Below are positions 1-12,907 of a stretch of DNA of 64,000 nucleotides, piece by piece. The DNA is taken from assembly GCA_001643675.2 (NCBI GenBank), contig LSRY02000052.1:1-64000 (forward strand), in the 5' to 3' direction. A program made the translations under genes and the position numbers. The stretch comes from Monocercomonoides exilis PA203 (Eukaryota; Protista; Preaxostyla). The notes beneath the pieces are model-generated. The model had not been told where the DNA came from, searched no databases, and saw only the letters and a list, made by a program, of their open reading frames with translations. Numbering within the stretch: position 1 is the first letter of the stretch; each line of letters starts with the position of its first letter.

Positions 1-92
1 TTTTGAATTTTTTGATTTTAATGAAATAATATTCCATTCGTAAATTTGAATCTCTACATGATCGTTTGTTATTTGTAATCTAAATAACATAG

Positions 93-349
93 ATTATTGT
101 GCTTCTTTCCTTTTGTGTGTATTTGTTCCAGCTTTTCAGCAAACATGGCTTGTTGTCATCGTTATCTCATGCTTCTCTATAACTAATGGTTATCATAGTA
201 CTGTTATCATGTCGCAAGCAGGTTCTGATCTTACTGATGATACAGAAAAAGCAATATGTGGAACATTTATGTCACTGTGTTTTAACATTGGCTTTTTCAT
301 TGGTTGTCTGGCTTCAATGTTAGTAAGTTATTTAATTGATAAGAGATAA
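93..349 (+). CDS. Last exon of an equilibrative nucleoside transporter (ENT/SLC29 family)
   Basis: Follows a TAG acceptor at 90-92. Hydrophobic helices with S-I-T-N-G-Y and EKAICGTFMSLCFNIGFFIG, typical of the ENT C-terminal helices. Confidence 0.75.
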
Positions 350-696
350 TAAGAAAATTGTATTTTCCACTTCAATTTTTGCTTTGAAATTTTGAGAAAC
401 ATGTGTTTCAAAAAGAAATTATTGCCCATAAACACTAATATCATATATTTTTCCAAAGATTAAAATGTGACATTGATGAACCAAGATTGTTTTTTTAAAA
501 ACTTTTTTGAAAATTTTGCCATTTATGATTTTTTCGTCTTTGCAATGAAAACTTTCTATCAATACGCAAAAAAAAAAAAAAAAAAAAACAAGTGCGAATC
601 ATAATAAAGTGCATTAAACATTTGGCTGCTCTTATTTTTCATCACTCCATTGTTTATTTAGATCCAATTCATAACAATATGGAAGCAAAATGTTAA

Positions 697-900
697 TGGG
701 TCATAATTTTTGATATCATATGGGTGATTATTTTAGAAAGCATATTATTTGTTTCAAAATATTCGATTCGAAAATAACCCTTGAATATCAACAAAAGAAC
801 ACCAATAAATGAAAAACTCATTGAAGAAATCGTCATTTTTATTTGAGCAAAAACATTTATTTGGGTGATTTTTTTGATATCATAAAAAAGATCAAAAATC
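697..900. repeat. Remnants of dispersed GGGTGATT-ended repeats
   Basis: 721-860 aligns by eye with 48730-48875. 862-890 (tgggtgatttttttgatatcataaaaaa) is nearly the reverse complement of 21911-21940. Confidence 0.55.
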
Positions 901-1429
901 GAAAAAATAAAATATATTGTGGTATTTTTTGATCAAGAAGTTAAAAATGATTTTTTGCAAGTATTTAACTTTAATTTCTGTAATATATATTTGTTTTATT
1001 TATAAGACCAAAAACATACCTATTTAACATTTTTTACGAAAAACGATTTTTGATCAAGTTTAATAAAAATTAACAAAAATAAATAAGTTAAACCAACAAA
1101 ACTCATCAAAAAGACAAAAAAATATTCTTAACCTGTTAAACAAAGCTAATAAAAGGAAAAATATTTAAAGAACTTAAAAAATGCAACAAATTTGTGAATT
1201 TTTATTTTTCTGTGGAAAAGAAATGTGCTTTTCATCAATCTAGCTGAAATCTCTTCAAAAATTTCTATATCTGCTGATCTGCTCAACAGATTCTGCAAAC
1301 GAAGATTGTATTATTCAGGAAACTACAGTTAATAAAAATAATTGACTCTGTCCTTCACTTCTTTTTTATTCTTTATTTAAAAATACAGGTTTTATTTTTT
1401 TCTCGATTCACTACATGGTTTCCTATCAT

Positions 1430-4400
1430 TTCAACTCGACATTTTAAAATTCTCCTTCGTTAACTTTCTTTTCCTAAGTTCCTGCTCTTGTTGCTTTGTG
1501 AAGAAATCAACATTGAATTCGCCTGAGCCATCATTCGTTTTTTGTTTATGCCATTTCTTTCCCTTTTTCATCATCATCTTCCTCTTTCTCTTGATCATCC
1601 TTTTCTTTCGTTTTTGCTTCCTCCTCATTTCACTCTCTCTCCATCATCGCTCTCATCTCTCCCTATGGCAACGATATCTTTCACTAAACAAGCTACTCGC
1701 TTTGATGATCAAAATTGATGGCCTTCCGCTCTTCTTCCAAACCTTCTATCTTCTCTTTCTCTTCCTTCGGCTCTCAGCATCAGCAGCAATTAAACACTGG
1801 CATGCTTAGTTCTTCCCTCCCTTGAGTTTGACACGTTCTGAATACTTTTCCCTTTCCCTTCTGATCCCACTGCTCTCTCCCATGCTCGCTCTCAGAGTCG
1901 TTTAGCAGCGCTTCATCGAAGCTTCCTGGATCGTTCATAATATGTATTTAATTGGCTAGTCTGTGGCGTTATCAATCAGCAAAAATTCAGATTGTGGAAT
2001 AAGTTGCAGCTTGGGAAAAGAAGAAGAGGAAGGGAATGAAGGAGAAGGAGCAAATGGTTGAGGAATTGATTATTCCCTCTTTCAAATACGATTCTGAAAA
2101 AGAAAGTTATACTGAAGATTGAGGAGAGCGTTTGGTAGCACAGAAATAACTGCTCTGCTGTGCTCGCTGGAATATGTTGTGACGTGGCTGTTTTGCGCTG
2201 CATTCTACTGAGGTGGAGAAGCTGTGTGCGTTCTTCAGGCAGTGGGTGGAGCATGTAATGGTGGGACCGGTATGGCAATTGAATTGGTACTGAGGCAATC
2301 GATGGAATATGCAGCAAAGGTGAGCACAGGAAAGAACGCAGTCGATACAAAGTGGGCGAATGACCTTGTGTGCGAGGAGAAGACGGACATGAACACCAAT
2401 CTTCTTCTTTTTTTTTCATCTCTTTCGTTACACTCTCCTTTTCTTCATCCTCATCATCATCATCCTCCTCCGTATTTTCTCCTGTTCTTCTTTTTCCCAA
2501 CAGGTGCATACAGATTAAGCAAAGCACAAGCAGTCATTATTTTCGCTATGTCAGTCGTTGTTGGTGAAGCCGGTAATCCTGCAAGATTCGACCCAACACC
2601 TCAGCTCAGCAAACAACGCAGCAGCTCTTCCATCGTAACTGTTGGTTCATTGTTCGCTTCATTATCCTTCTCGTCTTCTCTTCTTCTTCTTCATCCAGCC
2701 CTCTTCCTTCAGCAAGCGCCTCTATGATTTCCGACGCTGTTGTTCCGCACAATTGCCTGTGGCGAGAACATCAGCTCGACAAGCTCGTTAAACAGCGCCT
2801 TGTCGAGTGAATTGGCAAACAGCTTGAACGACTTGGTGGTCAGCGAGAGAAGAATAGAAGAGGCCTTGTCGATGTATTCAGTGCATGGTGAGTACAGCAA
2901 GCGGAGGATGAGCTGGAGAATGCCTTTGCGCAGGAACACAGAGTGGAACACAGCACCGTTGGTGATGAACTTGTTGGTTACACGAAGAGAAGAAGAGACA
3001 AGGGGGTACCAGTGGAAACTGGATGTGAATATATTTGTGTATTTGTGAATAATGAAACGAACGAGCGAAAAAGTGGGTGTAAAAAGGAAGAAAGAAAAAG
3101 AATTCGAAAAGAAAGAAAGAAAATTTTGTGAAATGAAATTTCAATTAAGTTTCTGGCAAACCTCATGAAACTGATCAATTGCTTTGCAACAGCGTCATTC
3201 AGCCAATAACCTTTATTCACTTAGCAAGACAATTGAAAAATCATAGATATTATTCCACAATCATAACTATTCATCATTTGAGAGTGAACAAAAAATTGTG
3301 ATTAAGATAAATATATGAAAAGCAAAGTCCAGATTAACAAATATAAATGAATCAATTAATCAAATATATTTTATTTTATAGAAAAATTCAAAATTTCCAT
3401 ACAATTCTGGTTCGCTATGTGGGTCATTGCGTTTAGTCCCCTCAGCCTGTGGATGTCGTCGAAGCCGCAGACCATTAACTGTTCAATAGAAAACGCACAG
3501 CGCAGCGAAGGTGGAACATCCATCGACAGAAAAGCGCTGCAAACGACACTGGCACATAGATTAATCACATTCTATTGCTTCACTTTGAACGAACGCCCTA
3601 AGCTGTGCTTGATGGATGGCAGGTTGGCTGGGAAAAGAGAAAGGAAGAAGAAGAAGAAGAAGAAGAAGGTAGTGGTGATGATGGTGATGAAATGGGAAGA
3701 AGAAGAAGTGAATGAAGATGATTTGTTAGTAGATGCAAACGTTGAGAAAGTGATCGCGTTTCGATAAGTTGCTGCTGAATACTTCTTGGATTTTTGATTT
3801 CTAGCTGAAAAGCTGAGAAAAGCGTGGTTTCAATCGACACGGGCTTATTCTTCCTCTGATCCCATTCTATTTTTCTTTTGAGCCCCTTTCTTTATGAGTC
3901 TTTATAATATCTCTGCCATCTTCTTTCCTTCTCCTCTTTCTCCTCCTTCTCCCCACCCACCAAAATCCCTAGCCAGCCACATACGCTCCATAGTTCAGAA
4001 AGATGCTCTGTGGCTCAAACACATCCCTCGTCGCTGACACGCTGCTGCTTGCAAACACACCTGCATTACCCAATCTGCTCTTCCCGAGAATCGCACGAGG
4101 GATCGGCACAGTCACAAGCGGAGGCAGCGAGAAGGATGAAATAGAAGAAGAAAGAGAGGAAGAAGACATGTTTGATAAAGAGGCAGCGCTTGTGCAAGAT
4201 TTGTAGAGGGAATTCTGTGTGAGAGAAGAGGGGTCTGTGGAAGGAGATGAAGGCTTGAAGAGATACAGCGGAGTTCCAACAAGACAGAAGAGGCAGACAA
4301 TTGTGTGTGGCAAGCGGAAAAAAGGAGCAGCAAATTTCTCAGAGGCTGTGACGTTTTGAGTGAACAGTGGGAAGATGAGAGTGTGCTGCCGAACGAGTAA

Positions 4401-7200
4401 AATGTCTGCTGATGTTCATCCATCATCGCTTCCTTCTTCTCTTCCCCAATCCCTCCTCTTCCTTTCTGTTGCGATCTGCGCAAGTCTTGTTTCGAAAGCG
4501 TCAATTTGCGATGTGCAAAACTCGTCTTTCTTATTTGTCTTCATCTTTGCTTCGGTTCTTCACGTGATTCCCTTTCCTCTGCTCTTCGCTCAACTTGCTT
4601 TTGAATATCTCTTTTTTGTCTCTTCCATTTGAACATGCAGTGCTTTCTCTTCGCTTCTTGGAGGTGTCATAAAGCGAGCTGATGAACGCAATGTGCCTTG
4701 AAGCTCCTTCCACCGCCATTTCATTCGATGCCCATTTGCTTCATTCACCCTGTTCAGCACAGCCGGAGCGCGGAAGCCGTACGAAGTGCTGAAGCAGAGC
4801 GGAATGCGCCTCTGGGGAAGAGGAAAACAGTTCAAATGCACATTCAGCGAAGCTGCAGAATGCATTGATAGCGATGATGTTGTTGAAGATAGCCTAACCA
4901 AATGAGATAATTTTTTGTATGGATTATTCAGTTATTGATTGAAAATCTTGCTCACATTCGAATGTTGCGGATCTGATCCAATGTTAAGAGAGAGGACACG
5001 TCAAAGAAGAAGAAGAATGTGATGAAGAAGTGGGAAAAGAAGAAGAAGAGGAAGAGGACAAAGAGGAAGAGAATAAAGCATTCTCAAGAGACAGTTCAGG
5101 AAATGCATCAGAAAGAAAGGATGGTTGTGCTTCTCTTTTCAAATCGCGTTGCGTTCTTGCATGCCTCTCTCTGCCTGCACAGCTGTCTGAATGCATTCCA
5201 TTCCTCTTGCAAAAACTGCCTTTGCTGGTGTCTGCACAACTGTCTGTCTCTTTGAAAATATATTTTGGCTGTCCTGCTCCTTTCTGATCTTTCTCCTAAT
5301 CGCAGCAACGGTTGGCCAGATGACAACAGGATGCAAATGTTTTTAATTGCTCCATTAACTTTTTCTTCCACTGCTCAATGACGTGAAAACTGCTGTATCA
5401 TCAGAAGAATGAGAAGAATAACAAGTCAACGAAGAAGAAGATGAAATATCCGATTAATTGTGATGTGCACAATAAAAATGTGTTGTATCAGAGGAAATGG
5501 AAGATAACATTAATAATTCCTCTTCGCTTTCACCTCTCTCTCCTTCCTCTTCTCTCCCCCTTCTTCATCTTATCTCCATCTTGATTTCCATCACTTCCCT
5601 TCTCTCTGTACGCACGCCTACTCCAAAACCCCTCTTCCATCAGCGCTTCTGTCTCTTCGCTCTGTACAACCCACTCCTCACACAGCTACCTGCTTTCCAC
5701 ATGATACTTCGGTGAGGCTCTCTGCTTCCCACTCTCGTTCAAAAATTTCATTCAAACAGACAATACAATACGATTACATTTGTACTCCGCTCCTCCTCTT
5801 CTGCAATTGCTCCATTTCCAGTGCTCTTCCGTTCTTTGATGTTACAACATCTCTTCTTCTCGTTCTTCTTTGGAATCTTCATTTCAATCAGTCATTCTAT
5901 TGCCTCATTTTCATCTCTCTTCCATCTTCTTTATCATCATCTCCACAATATGCTCTTTTCAGTAGTGGAAGCGCAATCGACAGAATTCCCCTGAACTTCA
6001 TCAGCATCTCATAGAGCGAGTTGACACACGTCACCGCCACGAAATACGCTGCCAGCGCTAACAAAACACATGGCAGCACAACATTCGGTAACTACATCAC
6101 ATTCACAAAAAAATAGAGCAGACAATATTATGTACTTCACAGCCTCCAGATGCTCTGCTGCCACATGCGCTCAAAAGATCGTGGTGCAATGTAATTGACC
6201 AGATGCTGCAGGGTGCAGCGCCTCTCCACACACGCGCCCCATCAGCACCACTGCAACAAACGAAGATATCATTATTCCTGCTGGCGCATTCAGTTGCATC
6301 GACAGCGGCTGGAACACATGCTTCACAACCAGACACGAGTACACACTCCGCGGCTCAGTCCCGCATGCCTGCAGCCCAACATCAGTCGGTATATCTTCCT
6401 GTGGTAGTGCCTTTAGCTGTGCTGTGTCGTCTGTCCCAATGACTATCCCTGTAGAAAACACAAACGAAGAAGTCGAAGAAGAGGCAGAAGTGTGCGCAAA
6501 TGTTTCTATTCGTCGGGCTTCGATAATGACTAAAAAAAAGAAGATGCATAATTTCACAATAAAATCAAAAGAAAATACTAAAAAAATTATTGAAAATATA
6601 TTAATTCATGCCTTTGAATTCTTCAGATCCGACGTTTTGAATTGAAACAAATTAATCATCATCGATTCAATTTTCTTTCTTCGCTTCCTCTTTCTATTCG
6701 GTTGAGTCACAATCATTAAATCCCAAGACAACCTCCCTGATCAACTTCCTTCCTTCATTCTCCCCCCCCCCCCCCCCCCTCCTCTCCCTCTCTTCTCTCT
6801 CTCTCATTCACACTTCTCACTCTTCCCAATGAGCTGCAACAAATATCTGCTTGTGAATACATTCACAAAATGAAAAGAAAGCAGCTGCTTCGAGGCAAGC
6901 TGTCACAATACAAAGTGGAAGAACATGCAATCAATGAGGGGAAAATGTGAGAAGGAAGAGAGAAGGAAGGATGAATGAGGAGCGATGACAGAAGAGAAAC
7001 ATGCTGAACGTGCTCTGATTCCATGCAGCAGCCCCAAATGTAAAGAATGGAGGCATCTCATTCGCCAGGCAGTGCAGCTCGAAACTGCAATTGAAGAGAT
7101 GGGCAAACAACAGAGAAGATGCAGATATCCGGAAAGAAGAAGAGGAGGAGGAATTGCAGCAGAAGATGTGCTTGATAGCCATATGTGTGCTACACAAACA
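1430..7200. pseudogene. Mosaic of decayed coding fragments with Ser/Glu low-complexity tracts
   Basis: GC-richer, coding-like composition but only short, stop-interrupted ORFs on both strands. No family recognised. Confidence 0.35.
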
Positions 7201-7214
7201 GAAACACCAAATTG

Positions 7215-7816
7215 TCAATGCAAAGTTTGCTGTTTGCAACAATTACAAGTTCTTTCAGCAGTAAAATCCAGTTGCAGTTGGGCAGAATGTTGTTCGACTG
7301 CCAACAAATATTTGATAATTGGATGTCTCGTCGTTGGCTGTTCTACACTCTTTTGAAGCAAAAGCGGAATCAGAAATAGAATTTCGCAGCCTTCCACGTC
7401 TGCCTGGCACAGTCCGAGAAACAGGAAAACCTTATTAATATAATTGACATCTTGAAATTCTCCTTTTTTCCAATGAATTGTTGCCTTTTTTGTAATAAAT
7501 ATCCTTCCCTTGATATTGCAAGCCACTTTTTTTTTTGCCAAAAAACTGCTCCCACTGCCTTATATTCCAAATTCTATAAAACTTTGTGCAGATTTTGTCC
7601 TTCACAGAATTCTATCCTTATATCGACATTCAATAAAACATCATTTGAATTTGTTTTAATCTCATGCACCAAATAAAAATCAGGAATCTTACATAACTTC
7701 ATTTGTTCCCCAATGGCTATATAATAATATGTTCTATTCTCATCGCAATGCTCTCCAACGTGAAGATTTGCTATTTGACAGACAAGAAAAGTTCCTTTTC
7801 TTTGAAAAGGAAGCAA
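7215..7816 (-). pseudogene. Possible degraded protein kinase fragment
   Basis: IRIEFCEGQNLHKVL resembles kinase subdomain V (MEYCxGGxL). Interrupted by stops, with no intact HRD or DFG motif. Confidence 0.25.
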
Positions 7817-7877
7817 ACAGAGCAGTTTTCCAATATAATGAAAAAATTGTAATATTACAATAAAAACTAAATTATAA

Positions 7878-8327
7878 AAAGTATTAGCAAACTGGTAAAA
7901 AGTTGGAAAAGTTAGTGGTTTTAAAAAAATGAAAGAAACAAAACTCCAGCTTTAATCAGAACCATATCTTTTTGAATTTTTGAATATTTATTAAAAAAAA
8001 AACAAGTATCAGAAAAATTTTGATTTTTTGTTTAATAGTTATGTATGTGATAAGAGTTAGAAAAATGTTTTTTCTGAATTTTAAAAACTTGTATTCATGG
8101 AAAAAACTTCTGTTTTCCGCTTCAAACAATGAAGATGACAGAAGGATCAGAATCTCGATGCCACTTTTTTTTGTTCAAAATGGTTTATTTCATCGATTTA
8201 ACTTCATATATTACTAAAAAACTGCTTTTTGAAATCTGCAATTTTCGCCCTTTAGCGCGTAATTTTTTGATCTTTTTGCCCTCGAAAAAATTAAAATATA
8301 GGGTCGGATCCTTTTTTTCATTCAAAA
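7878..8327 (+). repeat. Left terminal inverted repeat
   Basis: aaagtattagcaaactggtaaaaagttgg...gggtcggatcctttttttcattcaaaa is the reverse complement of 15835-16276 apart from homopolymer lengths and about one substitution. Confidence 0.95.
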
Positions 8328-8990
8328 ATGTTGATGTGTATGAGTCATATTTTTTCATTTTTCATGCATTTCTGAATGATTAGATGAGTGATCGTTACAA
8401 AAATGTGTTTATTTTATGTTATTGAGTTTTTCTGAAAATCGTAGAAAAATGAGTGAAATGAAAAAAAATACGTCAAAAAATAACAATCATCCACCAATCA
8501 AAATGACATAAAAAAACAAAAAGTACTTCATGATATTAATCATTTAAAAAATTGAAAACAGTTAGAAATTTTCTAATCAAATTCAATAACTTTCAAAAAA
8601 ACACAATTCTGTCACATAATCATAAAACAATCACCAAATATCAACTAAATATCAACAATTTTGAACAATGAAAAATATAAGAAGAAATAGCACTATTTCA
8701 ACAAATTCATGGTATCAAAGACAATTCCAAACAAAAAAGAATACTTATATAAAAAGTTCAAAAACTAACTTGTCTATTTTCCCTCTGTTTTCCATCCACT
8801 CACCCCTTTCTGATATTTCTCTCTCTTTGACTCAAAAAGATCAAATCCAACAAAGAAAAAAGACAGACACAATGATAAAACAACATTTCACACTCTCAAC
8901 AACTCTCCCTTCCAAAAATCTCACTCAAAGATCAATGAATTCCTTCACAACTCTATCTATTAATGAATCTCGATATATACATGTATAAGC

Positions 8991-9050
8991 GGGACAATAA
9001 CCAAGAAATAAATAGGGACATATCAGGGACAATAACCAAAAGAAAACAAT
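8991..9050 (+). repeat. Short direct repeats (gggacaataaccaa x2, plus a partial gggaca copy)
   Basis: Copies at 8991-9004 and 9026-9039, partial copy at 9015. A related copy lies at 9201-9224. Confidence 0.75.
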
Positions 9051-9060
9051 CGGATTCTAA

Positions 9061-9190
9061 CTGTTGTGCACCTGGGAGGCTGTTCGTCGTATCCAGGTCC
9101 GGATATTGCAGCCCGAAGGCTGCAATATCTAATACGAACAGTCACGTCCAGCACCCTTCCGATAAAGTGCCAGCTAAGCATGCACAACAA
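9061..9190. ncRNA. Putative structured RNA (or ssDNA) element just 3' of the transposase stop codon
   Basis: GC-rich island with nested stems: gttgtgca/tgcacaac (9063-9070/9181-9188), ctgttcgt/acgaacag, a perfect 12-bp hairpin gatattgcagcc-cgaa-ggctgcaatatc (cUUCGg loop on the minus strand), and a gcac/gtgc hairpin. Confidence 0.55.
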
Positions 9191-9198
9191 CTAGTTTC

Positions 9199-12100
9199 TT
9201 AATAGGGGACACCAAAAGAACAATTTTGAGATTCATTAAAAGAAGAAGAGTCAAGAAGAAGCTCAAATCTCCTTGAAAGAAGATCTTGAGAAGATTGAGA
9301 AAGAAGAGAAGAGTTAGATGATGTGATATCAGAGTGAAATGACTTTCTTGATCTTTGAACTTTTTCTTTCATCGTTGAAGATTCGAGGGCAACCAGAGAG
9401 CGTTGAGGAAGATATCCAACAGCTGAAGCAGAGACAAATGAGCCTTTGCGCTCAAAATACAAGTAGTCCTTCATGTGAGGGACTGACAGAGATGGCCATG
9501 AAATTTGCTGAGATGGTACATATTCTTCAAAGTACCTCTCATGCTCAAAGTTATTGACAGATGTTGAAGATGGTGAAGAGTTCGATGATGATGTTGAGAA
9601 AATGTTTGATTGTGAAGTTGAAGAAGCTGATGTCGAAGTGTTCATATTGTTTTCGAAGAAGTTGATCAAATCATGAAGTGTGGTGATGTGTTCAGTCGAA
9701 AGATTGTTGTCGATTGCATTCACTAACGCACCAAATTCACTATCACAGATATTTTTTCCATGATGCTCAGCGAAGAAGTTGAGTTGAGTGTTTTTCTTTT
9801 TAAGAAGTTTTGATTGTTTTGAAAGGATGAAGTGAAGAAGGAAGCGATTACGGTTGTGTGGACCTGAATCGCAGAAGAACTTAAAAGTGTGAGTGTCTGC
9901 GAAGAAGTGTCTTTTGATCACAGATTCCAGACACTCAATAACAAATCTGTGATCATTTGAGAGACAGTCGGAGAAGAAGTCGAATGTTCGTTTTATTTGT
10001 TGATTATTAATTTTTTGAAGAGAGATGATTGTGAATTGAGAAACTTGTTGATAATTGAAGAATTCCTGTTGAAGTTGATTTTTTCTGATAGGGAGTTTCC
10101 ACTTCTCTTTGAAGTCGAAGACGAAGACTGCTTCTCCCTCTTTCAGATTATCAACAGTTGATTGATAATGTTTTCGTTGCATTTCTGCAACAAGACGATG
10201 TTGTCGAAGAAGTTTGAGTGTATGAAATTCGGCAGAAGAAAGTCCATTTTTATTTTGTGAAGACTTCAGTTTGTTTTCGAGATAGTTGAGTTTCTCGCAC
10301 ATTCCACAAAGATCTGTACGTCTTTTCGCTTTGGAAAAGTTGGTAGTGAGTTTGTAGAAATGTGACAGAGAAACTTTGATGTTTGTTTCTTCTGTGAACT
10401 CACTCCATAATTTTGTCTTGGGCTTGAAGATTAATCTTTTCTCATTGGGAGAAAAGATGCCCATTTTCTTTCTTTTTTCTTTCAAAGCTTCCAATCCATA
10501 AGAAGATGGAATTGATGATGGTAGTTGTGGAATGGAAGTTGTTGGATGAAGTGGAGTGATGAATGAGGATGAGGATGATGATGATGATGATGATGATGAA
10601 ATGTTATTTAAAGTGTTTAAATTTGATGTTTCTGAAGAAGAAGAAGAACCACCAAATTGAATAGTAGATAGTGTTGGTTTTGTTTTTTCTTTTGTGTAAA
10701 ATGAAAGGGAAGGAGTGAAACCTTGTGAGTGAAGATTATTCCATGAAGAACTCCATTTGTCACTATCGAATTCAGAAACACTTTCATCATTGCAAATACT
10801 CCAAAAACTATTGATTCCACTTTTTCTTTTCACAATTGCGATGTAATGTCCGTTTTGTTGATCCAGACGTTTGAATAGTATTTGTCCAGAAAAATGATAT
10901 ATGATGGTTTCTTGATTATCTTTTTGAAGATGTTGAATATCTTTAGAAGAAAACCCTTTGCAAAACGTGCGTTGATTGACTCTGTCTGTTTCCATTAGTA
11001 ATGTTCTCGAAGGTGCTGAACTAGCAGAATCAGTACATTCATGACAGAGGGCTAGCACCTCTGGAAATGCAGCCATTTCCTCCCATCTCGCAGCACAGCA
11101 TTTTTCCTTGCATGCATCACAATAGACACTATTCTTTCCTTCCAAAACTTCAGTTGCAAAGAGAGAAGATAATCCATGTTGCGTTGATGAAGAATTGATA
11201 ACAATATTGCTACAAAATTCATTGAAATGTGATGTGATTTGTTGGCATTTTTGGCATTTGAAATGAGTGATTAAAACAGGATTGAAGGTGTCCTTATTTA
11301 TCAACTCATCTTTTTGAAGAAGTTGGTGAAGATTGTCAAATGCCTCAGCCGCGTTTTGCTGCTGTCTGCTTCCATAGTTGCAGAAATTTTCCCATTTGTC
11401 AATAAGAGATGGGACCCATGAACGCACTGCCGTTCCATCTTTAGCCAATTGATGACAAACACTTACAACACGCGAAGATGTGTTCTTCAAAAATGTTTGT
11501 TTTTTGAATAAAGATGGTTTTTGAATAGTTATTGAAGAGAAACATTGAAGAAGAGAAGCCAAATAGCATGTGTTGCCTAAGTTAGGCAATCCTTTTGCTA
11601 TTTGTGATGATTTATTTGAAGAATTTAATGAATTTGAGAAAGATTGAGAATGAGAATGATTTTTTATTGAATTTTCTTTTGCATTCTTTTTTGAAATATT
11701 TTTTGAAGAATTATTTTGAATAGATATTTCATTATTTGAAGATTGAATGCTTTGTTGTTGAAGTATTGAAGTGTCATTCTCTTTTGAAAATGAAGAAAAG
11801 AGATTTTGAAATGCTTGAGGTGGAATTAATGTGGGTGAAGTGGCATAATCTACTAATTGCTCACTTACAAACACATTATCATTTTGAAATGATGAAGTAT
11901 TTATTTTTTCTTTCAATTTTTTTGTAATTGAAATTTGTGAAGAAGAAGTTTTTGATTTGAATATTTTGTGAATTGGTATTGGAGATGGAGAAGAATGACG
12001 CTTGTGATATGAATTTTTATTTTGGTTTTTTGTTGACCCCCTTTCTCTCCTTATTGGAGTGTTGATTGGAGCATCAACAGCTTGAGAAGAAGAAGAATTT

Positions 12101-12907
12101 GAAGAAGGAGAATTTTTTTCTGAAATGGTTTTTGAATTTTTATTGAGTTGAGATGATGTTGAAGAAGAAGAAGATTGTTTTTTATTTGTAGAAGAATTTT
12201 CTGTAATAATTTCTTCATCCCAAGCTGCTTCGTCAATAAATCTGGCGTAATCTGGCTCAGCTCGCTGCTTTTTCTTTGCTGACTGAAGCGAAGTTGAGGC
12301 TTCAGTTGAATGAGCCAACATCCAGTTATTGCCCTTTTCCCATTCCTGTTCATTTAAGCCTATAATAAACAGAGAAAATTATTCAAAAAAAATTAAAATA
12401 AATACAAACCACTTTTGCAAGACGGAAGGTGAGGTTTTTGTGGCGGAATGATAAAACCTTGATTCTTCTTCAGCGTTTGCTTCGCGTAAATAAATTTTCC
12501 CTCTGTGACATCATATCCATAGTCCTGTAAATCGGATAATGATGTGTTGCGGGAAAGCGCTTGTAGCATTGTTGTCTGAGTGTGCAACGGAGCGTTGTTG
12601 TACACCACAGACAGGTCTTCCAGCAACTTTATGTGATATTCTGTTTCAAAAAAATAAATAATTAACAAATCAAAAAGAAAAAAAATAACAGAGAGTAATA
12701 ATATTATTTATAACACACAATACAAAAAATAAAAACCAAACCATTCAAAGACTTCAGTAAATCATCAATTACTGAAGATGATTGCCTGTAGGTGTAAAAC
12801 AAATAGGCAAGCAACGAATCCACGTCATTTCCGCCGATTCTCTTTATTTCTTGCCATAGAACATTGCAACGAGAATTTAATGTCGATTCGCGTTTTGAAA
12901 TGGACAT
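9199..12907 (-). CDS. USP (peptidase C19) deubiquitinase / Sola-like DDD transposase fusion, 3 exons, ~1185 aa
   Basis: Exons 12907-12742, 12640-12410 and 12359-9199 join in frame via GT-AG introns. USP Cys box GLPNLGNTCYLASLLQC, QQNAAEAF, CxxC pairs, His box GHYIAIVK and ICNDESV. Transposase motifs TDLCGMC, VFDFKEKWKLP, SDCLSNDHRFV, FCDSGPHNRN and FFAEHHGKNICDSEFG. Confidence 0.88.

Noticed and set aside
8020-8383. Short ORFs within the left TIR
   Set aside because: Non-coding composition, and not preserved in the right TIR copy.
8991-9050. CRISPR-like array
   Set aside because: Only two to three short irregular repeats, no regular spacers, no cas genes, and a eukaryotic context.
9093-9113. 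CAGGTCCGGA...GCAGCC resembles bacterial SRP RNA helix 8
   Set aside because: The GGAA tetraloop/GGAAGCAG arrangement is incomplete, and these bases are tied up in a different perfect hairpin. Probably chance.
9061-9190. Known ribozyme (hammerhead, HDV-like, twister, hairpin) or SECIS
   Set aside because: I could not find the catalytic core consensus or a correctly placed tandem GA quartet on either strand.
9199-12321. Ordinary host USP gene, or a Fanzor/TnpB nuclease
   Set aside because: It is enclosed by TIRs with a DDD transposase core, and no RuvC-type motif arrangement was recognised.
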